Assembly (NCBI RefSeq): GCF_900128885.1
Contig: NZ_FQTU01000002.1
Location: forward strand, 1,385 to 33,384
Reading direction: 5' to 3'
DNA from: Alkalibacter saccharofermentans DSM 14828
GTDB taxonomy: Bacteria > Bacillota > Clostridia > Eubacteriales > Alkalibacteraceae
Length of the DNA stretch: 32,000 nucleotides
Below are positions 15,902-26,749 of this stretch, piece by piece. The notes beneath the pieces were generated by a model, which saw only the letters and a program-made list of their open reading frames with translations, made no database searches and was not told the DNA's origin. Numbering within the stretch: the stretch's first letter is position 1; each line of letters begins with the position of its first letter. Position numbers and translations under genes: made by a program.

Positions 15902-17899
15902 CTAATTAACCATCATTACATCAGATCCTATTTCCAGATATTCTATCTCCATATGTTCAATCTTTTGCACTTTATCCATGTTGGTCACTACTACAGGGGT
16001 TATCATGCTCTTTGCATTTTCCTTTAAAAACTCTAGATCGCATTCTATCAGAACATCTCCTGCTTTGACCTTTTGCCCTATGGCCGCTATTCTTTTAAAG
16101 CCTTCTCCTTTTAGCTTAACAGTATCTATCCCGATATGTACCAATATTTCCAAGCCATCATCAGTTCTTAAGCCTACTGCGTGATTTGTATCAAATATGT
16201 GCACTATCTCTCCATCTACAGGCGAACAAATTTCTTTGCTTTCCGGATAGACTGCAAATCCGTCACCTATCATTTTATTGGCAAACAGGGCATCCGGCAC
16301 ATCTTTTAAGGCTATTATCTTTCCTTTAGCTGGAGATTTGAGTATTGTCTGCTCAGTTGCTTCAGACTCTTTACTGTCTTTCACTTCTAATTCTCTATAT
16401 TCTTCAGGTTCAGTCCTATTTACCACATTTGGATTTGACATTATTCCTATTATATCATCCTTCAAGCTCTCAGCTTGAGTTCCAAACACTACTTGCACTC
16501 CGCCACCACCTATATCCCTTACTCCTGGCGACCCTAACTCTTTCAATCTATCTTTGTCTACTAATGCTGTATCTTTTACTTCAAGTCTCAGCCTAGTAAT
16601 GCAGGCATCGATATGAACAATGTTCTCACCACCTCCAAGTGCTTTAAGCACCTCATATGCTTTTTGAGATATATCGTGATCCTCAGACCCTTTTTCATCA
16701 TCGTTTCTTCCCGGGGTTTTTAAGTCAAGCTTCAGTATTAGGAAGTAGAATGCCCCGAAATACAGTGCCCCTATTACAAGTCCGATAGGTATCAGCATAA
16801 ATGGGTTTCCAGCATTTCCTGTAGATATGCTTACTAAATAGTCTATCAATGAGGAAGTAAAGGTTTCCGTAAGCCTAACATCTGCCAAATTTATTAAAAA
16901 TCCTCCAAAAGACGCAAGCAGTATATGCGTTATAAATAATGCCGGTGCTACAAACATAAAGGCAAACTCGATGGGCTCTGTAATTCCTGATACTATTGTT
17001 GCCAAAGATGCTGCAAACATAATTCTTCCTATTGCTTTTTTGTTTTTCTTAAATGCAGCCATGTACATTGCAAGCGCAGCTGCGGGAAGTCCAAATAGTT
17101 TAAATGGATATTCTGCAGCAGTTATAGATCCAGCAGTTGGGTCTCCAGCAAAAAATCTTGCTATTTCACCGGTAAATACCTCTCCTGTTTCAGTAATGGA
17201 ATATTGACCAAAAATCATTGTAAAAGGCGTCTTAAATATGTGATGCAGGCCAGTAGGAATCAATGCTCTGTTTCCGAGCGCGTATATAGCTCCTCCCAAT
17301 CGGAAATTTCCTATTTTCAGATTTATGGCATATTCCCCCATGTAGTTCACTCCGTTTTGAATTACAGGCCAAATTAATCCAAAGACTACTCCCAGAACAA
17401 GAGATATCACTACCATTAGAATGGGAACCAATCGTTTTCCTTCAAAGAAACCTAACATTGGATGGAGTTTCGTCTGATTAAACCTTTTATATATTAGAGC
17501 AGACATCAACCCTATCATTATCCCACCAATCACTCCCATAAATATAGGTGATTCAAGGTGTTGAATGGCACCCATGACATCCAACACCTTATCAAGTACT
17601 ATATATCCTATAAGTGAAGCAAGGCCCGCTACTGATTCTCCAGCAGTGAATCCAATAGCCACCCCCACCGCAAATATCAATGGCATATTTTCAAATATTG
17701 CCAGTCCTCCGCCGTTTAAAATCTGCACCAAACCGTTCAAAAGCGGATTGTTCTGGAGTACCTGCTCCCCAGATAACATTTGTATAATGCCCGATAAGGC
17801 AACCATCAATCCCGCTGCCGGCAAAACAGATGCTGGCAGCATGAATGATTTTCCAATCTTCTGCAGCAGCACAAAATTACCTTTCTTTATTTCGCTCAT
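15902..17899 (-). CDS. ptsG: PTS glucose-family permease, EIICBA fusion
   Basis: 665 aa with RBS AAGGAGG. It has a polytopic EIIC domain, the EIIB motif DACITRLRLEV and the EIIA motif HAVGLRTDDGLEILVHIGIDTV. It is preceded by glcT and a RAT element. Confidence 0.8.
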   Translation of the reverse strand: MSEIKKGNFVLLQKIGKSFMLPASVLPAAGLMVALSGIIQMLSGEQVLQNNPLLNGLVQILNGGGLAIFENMPLIFAVGVAIGFTAGESVAGLASLIGYIVLDKVLDVMGAIQHLESPIFMGVIGGIMIGLMSALIYKRFNQTKLHPMLGFFEGKRLVPILMVVISLVLGVVFGLIWPVIQNGVNYMGEYAINLKIGNFRLGGAIYALGNRALIPTGLHHIFKTPFTMIFGQYSITETGEVFTGEIARFFAGDPTAGSITAAEYPFKLFGLPAAALAMYMAAFKKNKKAIGRIMFAASLATIVSGITEPIEFAFMFVAPALFITHILLASFGGFLINLADVRLTETFTSSLIDYLVSISTGNAGNPFMLIPIGLVIGALYFGAFYFLILKLDLKTPGRNDDEKGSEDHDISQKAYEVLKALGGGENIVHIDACITRLRLEVKDTALVDKDRLKELGSPGVRDIGGGGVQVVFGTQAESLKDDIIGIMSNPNVVNRTEPEEYRELEVKDSKESEATEQTILKSPAKGKIIALKDVPDALFANKMIGDGFAVYPESKEICSPVDGEIVHIFDTNHAVGLRTDDGLEILVHIGIDTVKLKGEGFKRIAAIGQKVKAGDVLIECDLEFLKENAKSMITPVVVTNMDKVQKIEHMEIEYLEIGSDVMMVN

Positions 17900-17935
17900 T
17901 TCTTTCCTCCTTTGATTTTTTATGAAAAGTTACAA

Positions 17936-18037
17936 ACAAAAAGGCATGAACCTATAGGTTAACAAACAAAACAACTTCCTAGGTTGATCTGCTTCTTAAA
18001 CTACAAGCTCATGCCTGATCGAATCAGTTACACGCAC
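17936..18037 (-). promoter_or_regulatory. RAT (ribonucleic antiterminator) overlapping an intrinsic terminator, between glcT and ptsG
   Basis: Minus strand: GGTGCGTGTAACTGATTCGATCAGGCATGAGC (18037-18007) fits the RAT pattern (..ACTG..CAGGCA..) and resembles the B. subtilis ptsG RAT as I recall it. Its 3' part AGGCATGA can pair instead with TCATGCCT (about 17942-17949), which is followed by TTTTTG. Confidence 0.8.
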
Positions 18038-18041
18038 CGTT

Positions 18042-18875
18042 TTATCTGGTTTGATTTAATTTATAAATATGAAGGGCTATGTAGCCGACTTCACTCTCTG
18101 GTATCATAATATCAATATTTTGTTTTAAAATCAAGGCTATATTTTTAGAAAGTTTAAACTCAAAGGGAAAATCTTTTTTCAGCTTGTCTAAAAACATGTT
18201 CTCAATAGGCTTGTTTTTTTCACACCTCTCTAGAACTCCTTTTAAATGCGCAATCAATCTGACGCCGGAAAAGGAATCATTTTGAATCGAGATGCCTAAC
18301 CTTTCTTCTACATAATCAATGACCTGCTTCAAAGCATCCAGGTATTTTATTGGAGGTACGCCTTTTGTATGAATCCTAGCCCCATTTATATGCAGTGCTA
18401 TAAAACCAATTTCAGCTTCAGAAAAATCTATGAAAAGTCTCTTTCTCATCATCTCAATTGTTTTCTCCGCAATTTCATATTCTTTCTGATATATCATCTT
18501 AGTTTCCAAAATAAAAGGATTGACTATTTTCATTCCCTCTTTTATCCTTTTTACGGCAAAGGCTATATGGTCTGCCAAAGCTAAATGAATGTCTTGATGA
18601 AGATTCTCCGAAAGCTCATTTTCAGCTAATGTAACAATATCCTCGACGAGGGCAAATATCTTTTCATCAGTGTTCTCCAATAGACGTTCCATCTGAGACT
18701 TGTTTGTGGCGTCTACATGTATAAAAACATTTTCAACTCCTGCATCTTCAGCCAACTGGGATCCCCTTTTTTTATCGAACCCTATCCCTTTGCCTACCAA
18801 AACATATTCTTCCTGTCCCCTCTGTACTAAAAGGGCGTTATTGTTGAATACGCGCTTCACAGTATAGCCTTCCAT
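18042..18875 (-). CDS. glcT: BglG/SacY-family PRD antiterminator (GlcT-like)
   Basis: N-terminal CAT domain: MEGYTVKRVFNNNALLVQ. Two PRDs carry conserved His residues (ALADHIAFA, FIALHINGA, LIAHLKG, YIALHIYK). I place the start at ATG 18875, 7 nt after GGAGG. The track start at 18917 overlaps prmC. Confidence 0.85.
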   Translation of the reverse strand: MEGYTVKRVFNNNALLVQRGQEEYVLVGKGIGFDKKRGSQLAEDAGVENVFIHVDATNKSQMERLLENTDEKIFALVEDIVTLAENELSENLHQDIHLALADHIAFAVKRIKEGMKIVNPFILETKMIYQKEYEIAEKTIEMMRKRLFIDFSEAEIGFIALHINGARIHTKGVPPIKYLDALKQVIDYVEERLGISIQNDSFSGVRLIAHLKGVLERCEKNKPIENMFLDKLKKDFPFEFKLSKNIALILKQNIDIMIPESEVGYIALHIYKLNQTR

Positions 18876-18903
18876 CAAATCGCCTCCTTGCTTGCCAATA
18901 CCA

Positions 18904-19758
18904 TTAAGATAACACACCTGTAACTACCCTGTCCATTCCTGCAAGATCCTTCGTCGTTTTCACCTCAGAAAATCCGTTCTCTCTTATGATTTTTTCCACT
19001 GCATCCCCTTGGTCATAACCAATCTCAAAAGCAAGCAATCCGCCTTTTACCAGTTTATCGGGGGCCTGTTGTGAAATTTTTCTGTAAAAATCAAGTCCAT
19101 CAACGCCTCCGTATAGGGCAGTTTTCGGCTCGTACCCTATAACATTCTTCCCAAGAAGTTTCATTTCCCTTTCATCTATATATGGAGGATTTGAAACTAT
19201 CGCATCAAACTTAATATCTGAGGGAACTTTGTCGAAACAATCGCTTAAGATAAGCTCTACCTTGTCAGGTTCATCTAAAATATTGCCGGCGTTCTCAGCC
19301 GCAGTTTCAAGAGCACCTTTGTCTATATCGACGGCTAAAACCTTAACATCTTCTACATAATTTGCAATTGATACTGCTATGGCTCCGCTTCCTGTGCCTA
19401 TATCTAAAACCTGCTTGTTTCTGGGTATCTTTTTCAGATATTCTATAACCACTTCAACTAAGATTTCCGTATCCGGTCTTGGTATGAGGACCTTCGAGTT
19501 AAGTACAAAGTCAAGTCCCATAAACTCTTTTTTGTTTATAATATAAGCTACGGGCTCTCCTGAAAACCTTCTTTCTATATCTTTTAAAAAATCCTTTTCG
19601 ACATCATCGCTAACCTCTTCTTGCCAGTGCATAATTAGATAAGCTCTTTCTAAATTCAAGCGATTAGAAAGCAACACCTCCGCATCAAGCCTGGGATTGG
19701 AAATATCGTTTTTCTTTAAAGACTTGGTAGCCTCTATGAGCAAATTTTCTACGTTCAT
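18904..19758 (-). CDS. prmC: Release-factor glutamine N5-methyltransferase
   Basis: 284 aa with the SAM motif LDIGTGSGAIA and the catalytic motif VSNPPYI. Confidence 0.9.
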   Translation of the reverse strand: MNVENLLIEATKSLKKNDISNPRLDAEVLLSNRLNLERAYLIMHWQEEVSDDVEKDFLKDIERRFSGEPVAYIINKKEFMGLDFVLNSKVLIPRPDTEILVEVVIEYLKKIPRNKQVLDIGTGSGAIAVSIANYVEDVKVLAVDIDKGALETAAENAGNILDEPDKVELILSDCFDKVPSDIKFDAIVSNPPYIDEREMKLLGKNVIGYEPKTALYGGVDGLDFYRKISQQAPDKLVKGGLLAFEIGYDQGDAVEKIIRENGFSEVKTTKDLAGMDRVVTGVLS

Positions 19759-19828
19759 AATTACGTATAATCACCTCTAAATATATTTTTCATTCTAGTT
19801 TTTTATATCTGTCTTTGTTTTCATATGT

Positions 19829-19861
19829 CAAAAACCCCAACATCACTATACGATGTTGGGG
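19829..19861 (-). terminator. Intrinsic terminator after rpmE
   Basis: Stem CCCCAACATC (19835-19844) / GATGTTGGGG (19852-19861), followed by TTTTT on the minus strand. Confidence 0.8.
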
Positions 19862-19896
19862 TTAGTTTGATCTTTCCGTCAACCGAGTCAATTCGA

Positions 19897-20109
19897 TTAT
19901 TCCTGCTCTTCTTTGATACCGTATTTCTTATTGAATCTGTCTACTCTACCGCCTGTGTCTATAAGTTTTTGCTTACCTGTAAAGAATGGATGACACGCAG
20001 AGCAAATTTCCACTTTTAACTCTTCTTTTACAGAACCAGTTTCAAAAGTGTTTCCACACGCGCATTTAACGATTGATTTATTGTAATTAGGATGAATTCC
20101 TTCTTTCAT
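19897..20109 (-). CDS. rpmE: 50S ribosomal protein L31 (Zn-binding type)
   Basis: [26 protein letters not shown]...[14 protein letters not shown] place the start at ATG 20109, 6 nt after GAGGTG. Confidence 0.95.
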   Translation of the reverse strand: MKEGIHPNYNKSIVKCACGNTFETGSVKEELKVEICSACHPFFTGKQKLIDTGGRVDRFNKKYGIKEEQE

Positions 20110-20211
20110 CTCATTCACCTCTTTTCTAAACTCCTATTTATATGCATCTCATACATTATAGCAAGGTTTGTAGAAAATATCAAACTTTTTCGTAGCAAAC
20201 CTTGCATTTTT

Positions 20212-22137
20212 TTATCGAACCTCCGTACCATCAGAGATGTCTCTGTCTACGGTGATGAGGTTCAAATCCTTTTTGTCTGCCGCTGCTAGTATCATCCCCT
20301 GAGATTCTATTCCGCGAATCTTGGTTTTTTTAAGATTGGTTATAACTACCACCCTTTTGCCTATCATATCTTCAGCAGAATAAAATTGTGCGATTCCTGA
20401 GACGATTTGTCTTCTCTCTTCTCCAATTTTCACCTGCAACACCAAGAGCCTGTCTGCATCCGGATGCTTATCACACTGAATGACTTCTGCGACTTTAAGC
20501 TTAACCTTGGCAAAGTCATCGATACTTATTGTGTCGTCTTCTTTCTTGCCTTTTTTCTGTTCGCTTTTTTTAATCTGGGACTTTGTTTCTTCCTTTTTTT
20601 CTTCAATTGCTTCTACCCTAGGGAAAAGGTTGTCTCCTTTTGACATTTTTTCCCCGAAGCCATATGCCCCATATTCACTAGCGCTTTCCCAAGTCAGTGC
20701 TTCTTCAGGGATATTGATTTGAGCCTGCATCTTTTTTGCTGTGGTAGGCATGAAAGGCTCAATCAGAACCGAAACTACTCTGAGAGTCTCAGCAAGATTA
20801 AACATTACCCCTGCCAGTCTTTCTTTCATTTCAGAATCTTTTCCCAAAATCCAAGGTGTAGTCTCATCTATGTACTTGTTAGCCCTGGAAACCAGTTTCC
20901 AAATAATCGCCAAAGCATTGCTAAGCTCCATTTTTTCCATATGGCTTGCTACATCTTTTGGAGTACGGCTGATCATTTCAAGCAAGCTTTGGTCTATGTC
21001 AGCAACCTGCTTCTCTGATGGTATTATCCCTCCAAAATACTTTTCAACCATTGCAACAGTCCTGCTCAACAGGTTCCCCAAGTCGTTTGCCAAATCCGAA
21101 TTGATTCTTGATACCAACGCATCTTCATTGTAGACCCCGTCTGCTCCAAAGCTCATTTCTCTCAATACGAAATATCTTAGTGAATCTACTCCATATTTTT
21201 GAGACAGCTCCACCGGATCTATGACGTTTCCTTTTGACTTTGACATCTTCCCTCCCTTTAAGAGTATCCATCCGTGTCCAAAAACCTGCTTGGGAAGAGG
21301 TAGATCTAGTGCCATAAGCATTATTGGCCAGTAGATCGTATGGAATCGCAAGATGTCTTTTCCAATCAAATGAACGTCTGCCGGCCAGAATTTTTCCATG
21401 AGCTGAGGCCTGTCGTTTAAGTACCCCAGAGCAGTTATATAGTTGGACAGTGCATCTATCCAAACATATACCACATGTCCCGGGTCGAAATCTACAGGTA
21501 CGCCCCAGTCAAAAGTCGTCCTGGACACGCAAAGATCCTGAAGCCCCGGCTTCAAGAAATTATTTATCATCTCATTTTTTCTGGATTCAGGTTGAATAAA
21601 GTGAGGGTTTTGTTCTATATGCTCTATCAATCTGTCCGCATATTTTGACATCTTGAAAAAATATGCTTCTTCTCTTTCTTGCTTGACTTCTCTTCCACAA
21701 TCAGGACACTTCTCATCCTCTAACTGTGTTTCAGTCCAGAAAGCCTCACATGGGGTGCAGTACCAGCCTTCATAATGAGACTTGTATATATCCCCTTTAT
21801 CGTATAGTTTTTTAAATATCTTTCTTACCGACTCTTCGTGATAAGGGTCGGTAGTCCTTATAAAGTGATCATAATCGATATCCATAAGCTCCCACAGTGA
21901 TTTAATTCCTTTCACTATTTCGTCTACGTATTCTTTAGGGGTCACTCCTTCTTCCTTTGCCTTTTCCTCAATCTTTTGTCCATGTTCGTCCGTACCGGTT
22001 AGAAAGAACACATCATATCCTGTCTTTTTTTTGTACCTTGCCATAGCATCCGCGGCAACAGTTGTATATGTATGTCCAATATGAAGCTTGCCGCTTGGAT
22101 AATAAATCGGTGTTGTAATATAATAACTTGGTTTCAT
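20212..22137 (-). CDS. metG: Methionyl-tRNA synthetase with a C-terminal tRNA-binding (Trbp111/EMAP-like) domain
   Basis: 641 aa with a HIGH motif (KLHIGHTY), a KMSKS motif (GKMSKSKGN) and a Zn knuckle CPDCG. RBS GAGGAGGA. Confidence 0.95.
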   Translation of the reverse strand: MKPSYYITTPIYYPSGKLHIGHTYTTVAADAMARYKKKTGYDVFFLTGTDEHGQKIEEKAKEEGVTPKEYVDEIVKGIKSLWELMDIDYDHFIRTTDPYHEESVRKIFKKLYDKGDIYKSHYEGWYCTPCEAFWTETQLEDEKCPDCGREVKQEREEAYFFKMSKYADRLIEHIEQNPHFIQPESRKNEMINNFLKPGLQDLCVSRTTFDWGVPVDFDPGHVVYVWIDALSNYITALGYLNDRPQLMEKFWPADVHLIGKDILRFHTIYWPIMLMALDLPLPKQVFGHGWILLKGGKMSKSKGNVIDPVELSQKYGVDSLRYFVLREMSFGADGVYNEDALVSRINSDLANDLGNLLSRTVAMVEKYFGGIIPSEKQVADIDQSLLEMISRTPKDVASHMEKMELSNALAIIWKLVSRANKYIDETTPWILGKDSEMKERLAGVMFNLAETLRVVSVLIEPFMPTTAKKMQAQINIPEEALTWESASEYGAYGFGEKMSKGDNLFPRVEAIEEKKEETKSQIKKSEQKKGKKEDDTISIDDFAKVKLKVAEVIQCDKHPDADRLLVLQVKIGEERRQIVSGIAQFYSAEDMIGKRVVVITNLKKTKIRGIESQGMILAAADKKDLNLITVDRDISDGTEVR

Positions 22138-22149
22138 CTTTATCCTCCT

Positions 22150-22436
22150 CGTTCATTTGTTCTTTCCCAACAAAAAAACTCCCATCCCAAAGGACGAAAG
22201 TCAACTTACGTGTTACCACCTTTTTTTATGCAGACTTATCAGACTGCACCTCATCGTGTATTTGCATACATCTCACTTTAACGCGTCACGCGTATCGAAC
22301 TACTCAGATTTCATCCGATCGATTCAAAGACCATCTTCCACCTGTTTTCAAAATCGATTCTCACCATTCTCGACTCTCTGTATAATTCCACAAGGCGTAC
22401 TCTTCTTATCATTATCTTTTCGTATTTTTTTGTTCA
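22150..22436 (-). promoter_or_regulatory. T-box riboswitch leader (Met specifier) of metG
   Basis: Minus strand: stem I elements AGAGAGTCGAGAATGGTGAGA; a specifier-loop candidate GGAUGAAA with AUG at 22314-22312, followed by A and an AGTA motif; the T-box sequence AAAGGTGGTAACACG (22223-22209); and a terminator ACTTTCGTCC-TTTG-GGATGGGAGT plus TTTTTTT (22201-22172). Confidence 0.85.
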
Positions 22437-22442
22437 TAATTA

Positions 22443-22470
22443 ATTATACATAAGTCACGTTAAAATTCAA
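22443..22470 (-). promoter_or_regulatory. Candidate sigma-A promoter of the T-box-metG transcript
   Basis: On the minus strand: TTGAAT (22470-22465), 16-nt spacer, TATAAT (22448-22443). Confidence 0.5.
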
Positions 22471-22688
22471 TACTTTTCTATCAAATAGAATTATGCGTCT
22501 GATTCCTCTTTTTTATACGATAAAACATAGTTTTTATAGTTTTCCAATAAAATTACAAAAATATCTGAAATACTATTTACTTATTGTATTCCTTTACATA
22601 TAATAGATACAGAGACTGTGACATATATCATCAGATTGATCAAATTCTCATTTGATAAAGTTTTCATGGTGCATTTTATTCCAAATCA

Positions 22689-22717
22689 TTGTGGAATTAG
22701 AAATCATCTGATACAAT
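22689..22717 (+). promoter_or_regulatory. Candidate promoter of abrB
   Basis: TTGTGG, 17-nt spacer, TGA-TACAAT (extended -10), about 45 nt upstream of the abrB ATG. A second candidate lies further upstream: TTTACT-17-TATAAT at 22576-22604. Confidence 0.4.
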
Positions 22718-22764
22718 GTCATTGAATAACAATTATATTTTTTTTTGAAAGGGAGAGATATTTT

Positions 22765-23004
22765 ATGAAATCTACAGGTATTGTTCGTAAGGTAGACGAA
22801 CTTGGAAGGATTGTAATTCCAATTGAATTAAGAAGAACTCTTGACATCAACATCAAGGATTCTTTGGAGATTTTTGTTGACGGTAATTATGTAGTGCTTA
22901 AAAAGTATGAGCCTGCATGCATTTTCTGCGGAAATGCAAAAGATGTCGTCAATTACAAAGGCAAAAACATTTGCCCTGATTGCATGACTGATATTAAGAA
23001 ATAG
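22765..23004 (+). CDS. abrB: AbrB-family transition-state regulator (SpoVT/AbrB swapped-hairpin domain plus a C-terminal CxxC..CxxC domain)
   Basis: MKSTGIVRKVDELGRIVIPIELRRTLDI is the canonical AbrB N-domain. RBS GGGAGAG. C-terminus: CIFCG...CPDC. Confidence 0.9.
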   Translation: MKSTGIVRKVDELGRIVIPIELRRTLDINIKDSLEIFVDGNYVVLKKYEPACIFCGNAKDVVNYKGKNICPDCMTDIKK

Positions 23005-23015
23005 CAAAATCAAAA

Positions 23016-23042
23016 GCATCCTGAACCTCAGGATGCTTTTTT
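23016..23042. terminator. Bidirectional terminator between abrB and rsmI
   Basis: GCATCCTGA-ACC-TCAGGATGC followed by TTTTTT on the plus strand. On the minus strand it is followed by TTTTGATTTT. Confidence 0.8.
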
Positions 23043-23054
23043 ACTTGAATATCT

Positions 23055-25182
<2,128 letters not shown>

Positions 25183-25196
25183 TTAATATTCTCCTT

Positions 25197-26594
25197 TCAA
25201 ACCCGATTGGATATTTTTCTGGCAGTATACACGCCATTTACAGATGCTTGCATCAAACCTCTAGTTATTCCTGCACCGTCTCCCATAACATAAAGGCTTT
25301 TTATATTTGTTTCAAAGTTTTCATCCACTTTTATCTTATTGGAATAAAACTTAACTTCCACTCCGTATAATAATGTTTCATCACTGGCGAGTCCCGGTGT
25401 CACATTATCAAGAGCTATTATCATTTCCTCTATGTCTTTCATTATTCTATAGGGAAGTACCAAACACAAATCCCCAGGCACTGCATCTTTTAGTGTTGGC
25501 TGTATATTGTTTCTGACCAGCCTGGTTTCGGTTGTTCTTCTCCCTCGTCTGAAATCGCCGTATCTTTGTACTATGATTTTATTTCCAGAGAGCATGTTTC
25601 CTAAACCTGCAATATATTTGCCGTATGCAATCGGCGATTTAAAAGGTTCTGTAAATCCTTTTGAAACAAGAAGCGCAAAATTTGTATTATTGGTCTTTAA
25701 AGTATCTGCCTTATAACTATGTCCATTGACAACCGCAAGATTATCATCGTATATTTCTGTGGCAACTACTCCCCCTGGATTTGAGCAGAAAGTTCTAACT
25801 TTATCGTCAAAAGTCTCCGTATAATATACGAGCTTTCCCTCATACATAACATCATTTATTTCCTTCATAATCTCATTTCTGCACTCTATCCTAACGCCGA
25901 TATCTACCTTTCCCACTTCTGTTTCTATATTTACTGTCCTGCATATCTCATCAAACCATTCAGAGCCGTCCCTCCCTACGCCAATGATAATATTGTCACC
26001 GTAGTACTCGGAATCAGCCTTTACTCCCATAGCCTTGCCTTCTTCAATAATAATCTCTTTTACAGGGTTTCTAAACTTAATCTCCACCCCTTTTTCCAAA
26101 AGATAGGCTTGAAGCTTAGTGTAGATGTCATATCCCACCTCTGTTCCTACATGCCTGATGGGGCATTCTATCAGTTTAAGGTTGCTTTGGATAGCTTTTC
26201 TTCTGATAACCGATATTTTGTCCATGTCGTCTATTCCGTAAATTTTGCTGTCTGCGCCAAATCCCAGATATACTTCATCCACATATTTGATTAGCTCTTC
26301 TGTCGTCTCATATCCTATGTATTCCGGCAGTTCTCCTCCAACCTCTGGAGAAAGAGACAGTTTGCCATCTGAATAGGCCCCAGCACCGGCAAAACCGGTA
26401 GTTATGTTGCAAGGCTTGCAGCCTACGCATTTATTTGTCCTTCTCTTAGGGCATATTCTCTTCTCAATGGAATTGCCTTTTTCAAGCATGAGAATATCTA
26501 TCTCCTGATTTTGCTTTATCAGCTCCATTGCACAAAAAATGCCCGCCGGACCTGCACCAACAATGATAGCATCGTATTTTTTCAAGTTTTCCAC
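25197..26594 (-). CDS. FAD-dependent oxidoreductase of unknown role (COG2509-like)
   Basis: N-terminal Rossmann motif YDAIIVGAGPAGIFCA. 465 aa. The start may be the TTG three codons downstream (26585), giving MKKYDAIIVG. The stop overlaps the purA RBS. Confidence 0.6.
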   Translation of the reverse strand: MENLKKYDAIIVGAGPAGIFCAMELIKQNQEIDILMLEKGNSIEKRICPKRRTNKCVGCKPCNITTGFAGAGAYSDGKLSLSPEVGGELPEYIGYETTEELIKYVDEVYLGFGADSKIYGIDDMDKISVIRRKAIQSNLKLIECPIRHVGTEVGYDIYTKLQAYLLEKGVEIKFRNPVKEIIIEEGKAMGVKADSEYYGDNIIIGVGRDGSEWFDEICRTVNIETEVGKVDIGVRIECRNEIMKEINDVMYEGKLVYYTETFDDKVRTFCSNPGGVVATEIYDDNLAVVNGHSYKADTLKTNNTNFALLVSKGFTEPFKSPIAYGKYIAGLGNMLSGNKIIVQRYGDFRRGRRTTETRLVRNNIQPTLKDAVPGDLCLVLPYRIMKDIEEMIIALDNVTPGLASDETLLYGVEVKFYSNKIKVDENFETNIKSLYVMGDGAGITRGLMQASVNGVYTARKISNRV

Positions 26595-26749
26595 TTCCTT
26601 AAATATATACCGGCACTTTATCCGGCGGATTCCATCAGCTTTTTGGAAACTAAGAATCCATTATAGATATTATCAAATTATACATGTGATATCAATACAA
26701 AAACGAACTTTATTTCTTACTTATATATAATTGTTCGTAAACTCTAGTG

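Noticed and set aside
20160-20211. Long-loop hairpin GCAAGGTTTG..CAAACCTTGC between metG and rpmE as a terminator
   Set aside because: The 10-bp stem is real, but the loop is about 25 nt. On the minus strand, which is the only transcribed strand here, it is followed by TATAATG rather than a U-tract. It overlaps a possible rpmE promoter, so its function is unresolved and it is not listed as a feature.
20407-22453. Track ORFs overlapping metG and its leader (for example 20741-21133 +, 21125-21463 -, 22013-22219 -, 22072-22453 +)
   Set aside because: They are out of frame or antisense inside a clearly real metG, or they lie over the T-box leader, whose conserved RNA elements explain the sequence. 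None has an RBS.
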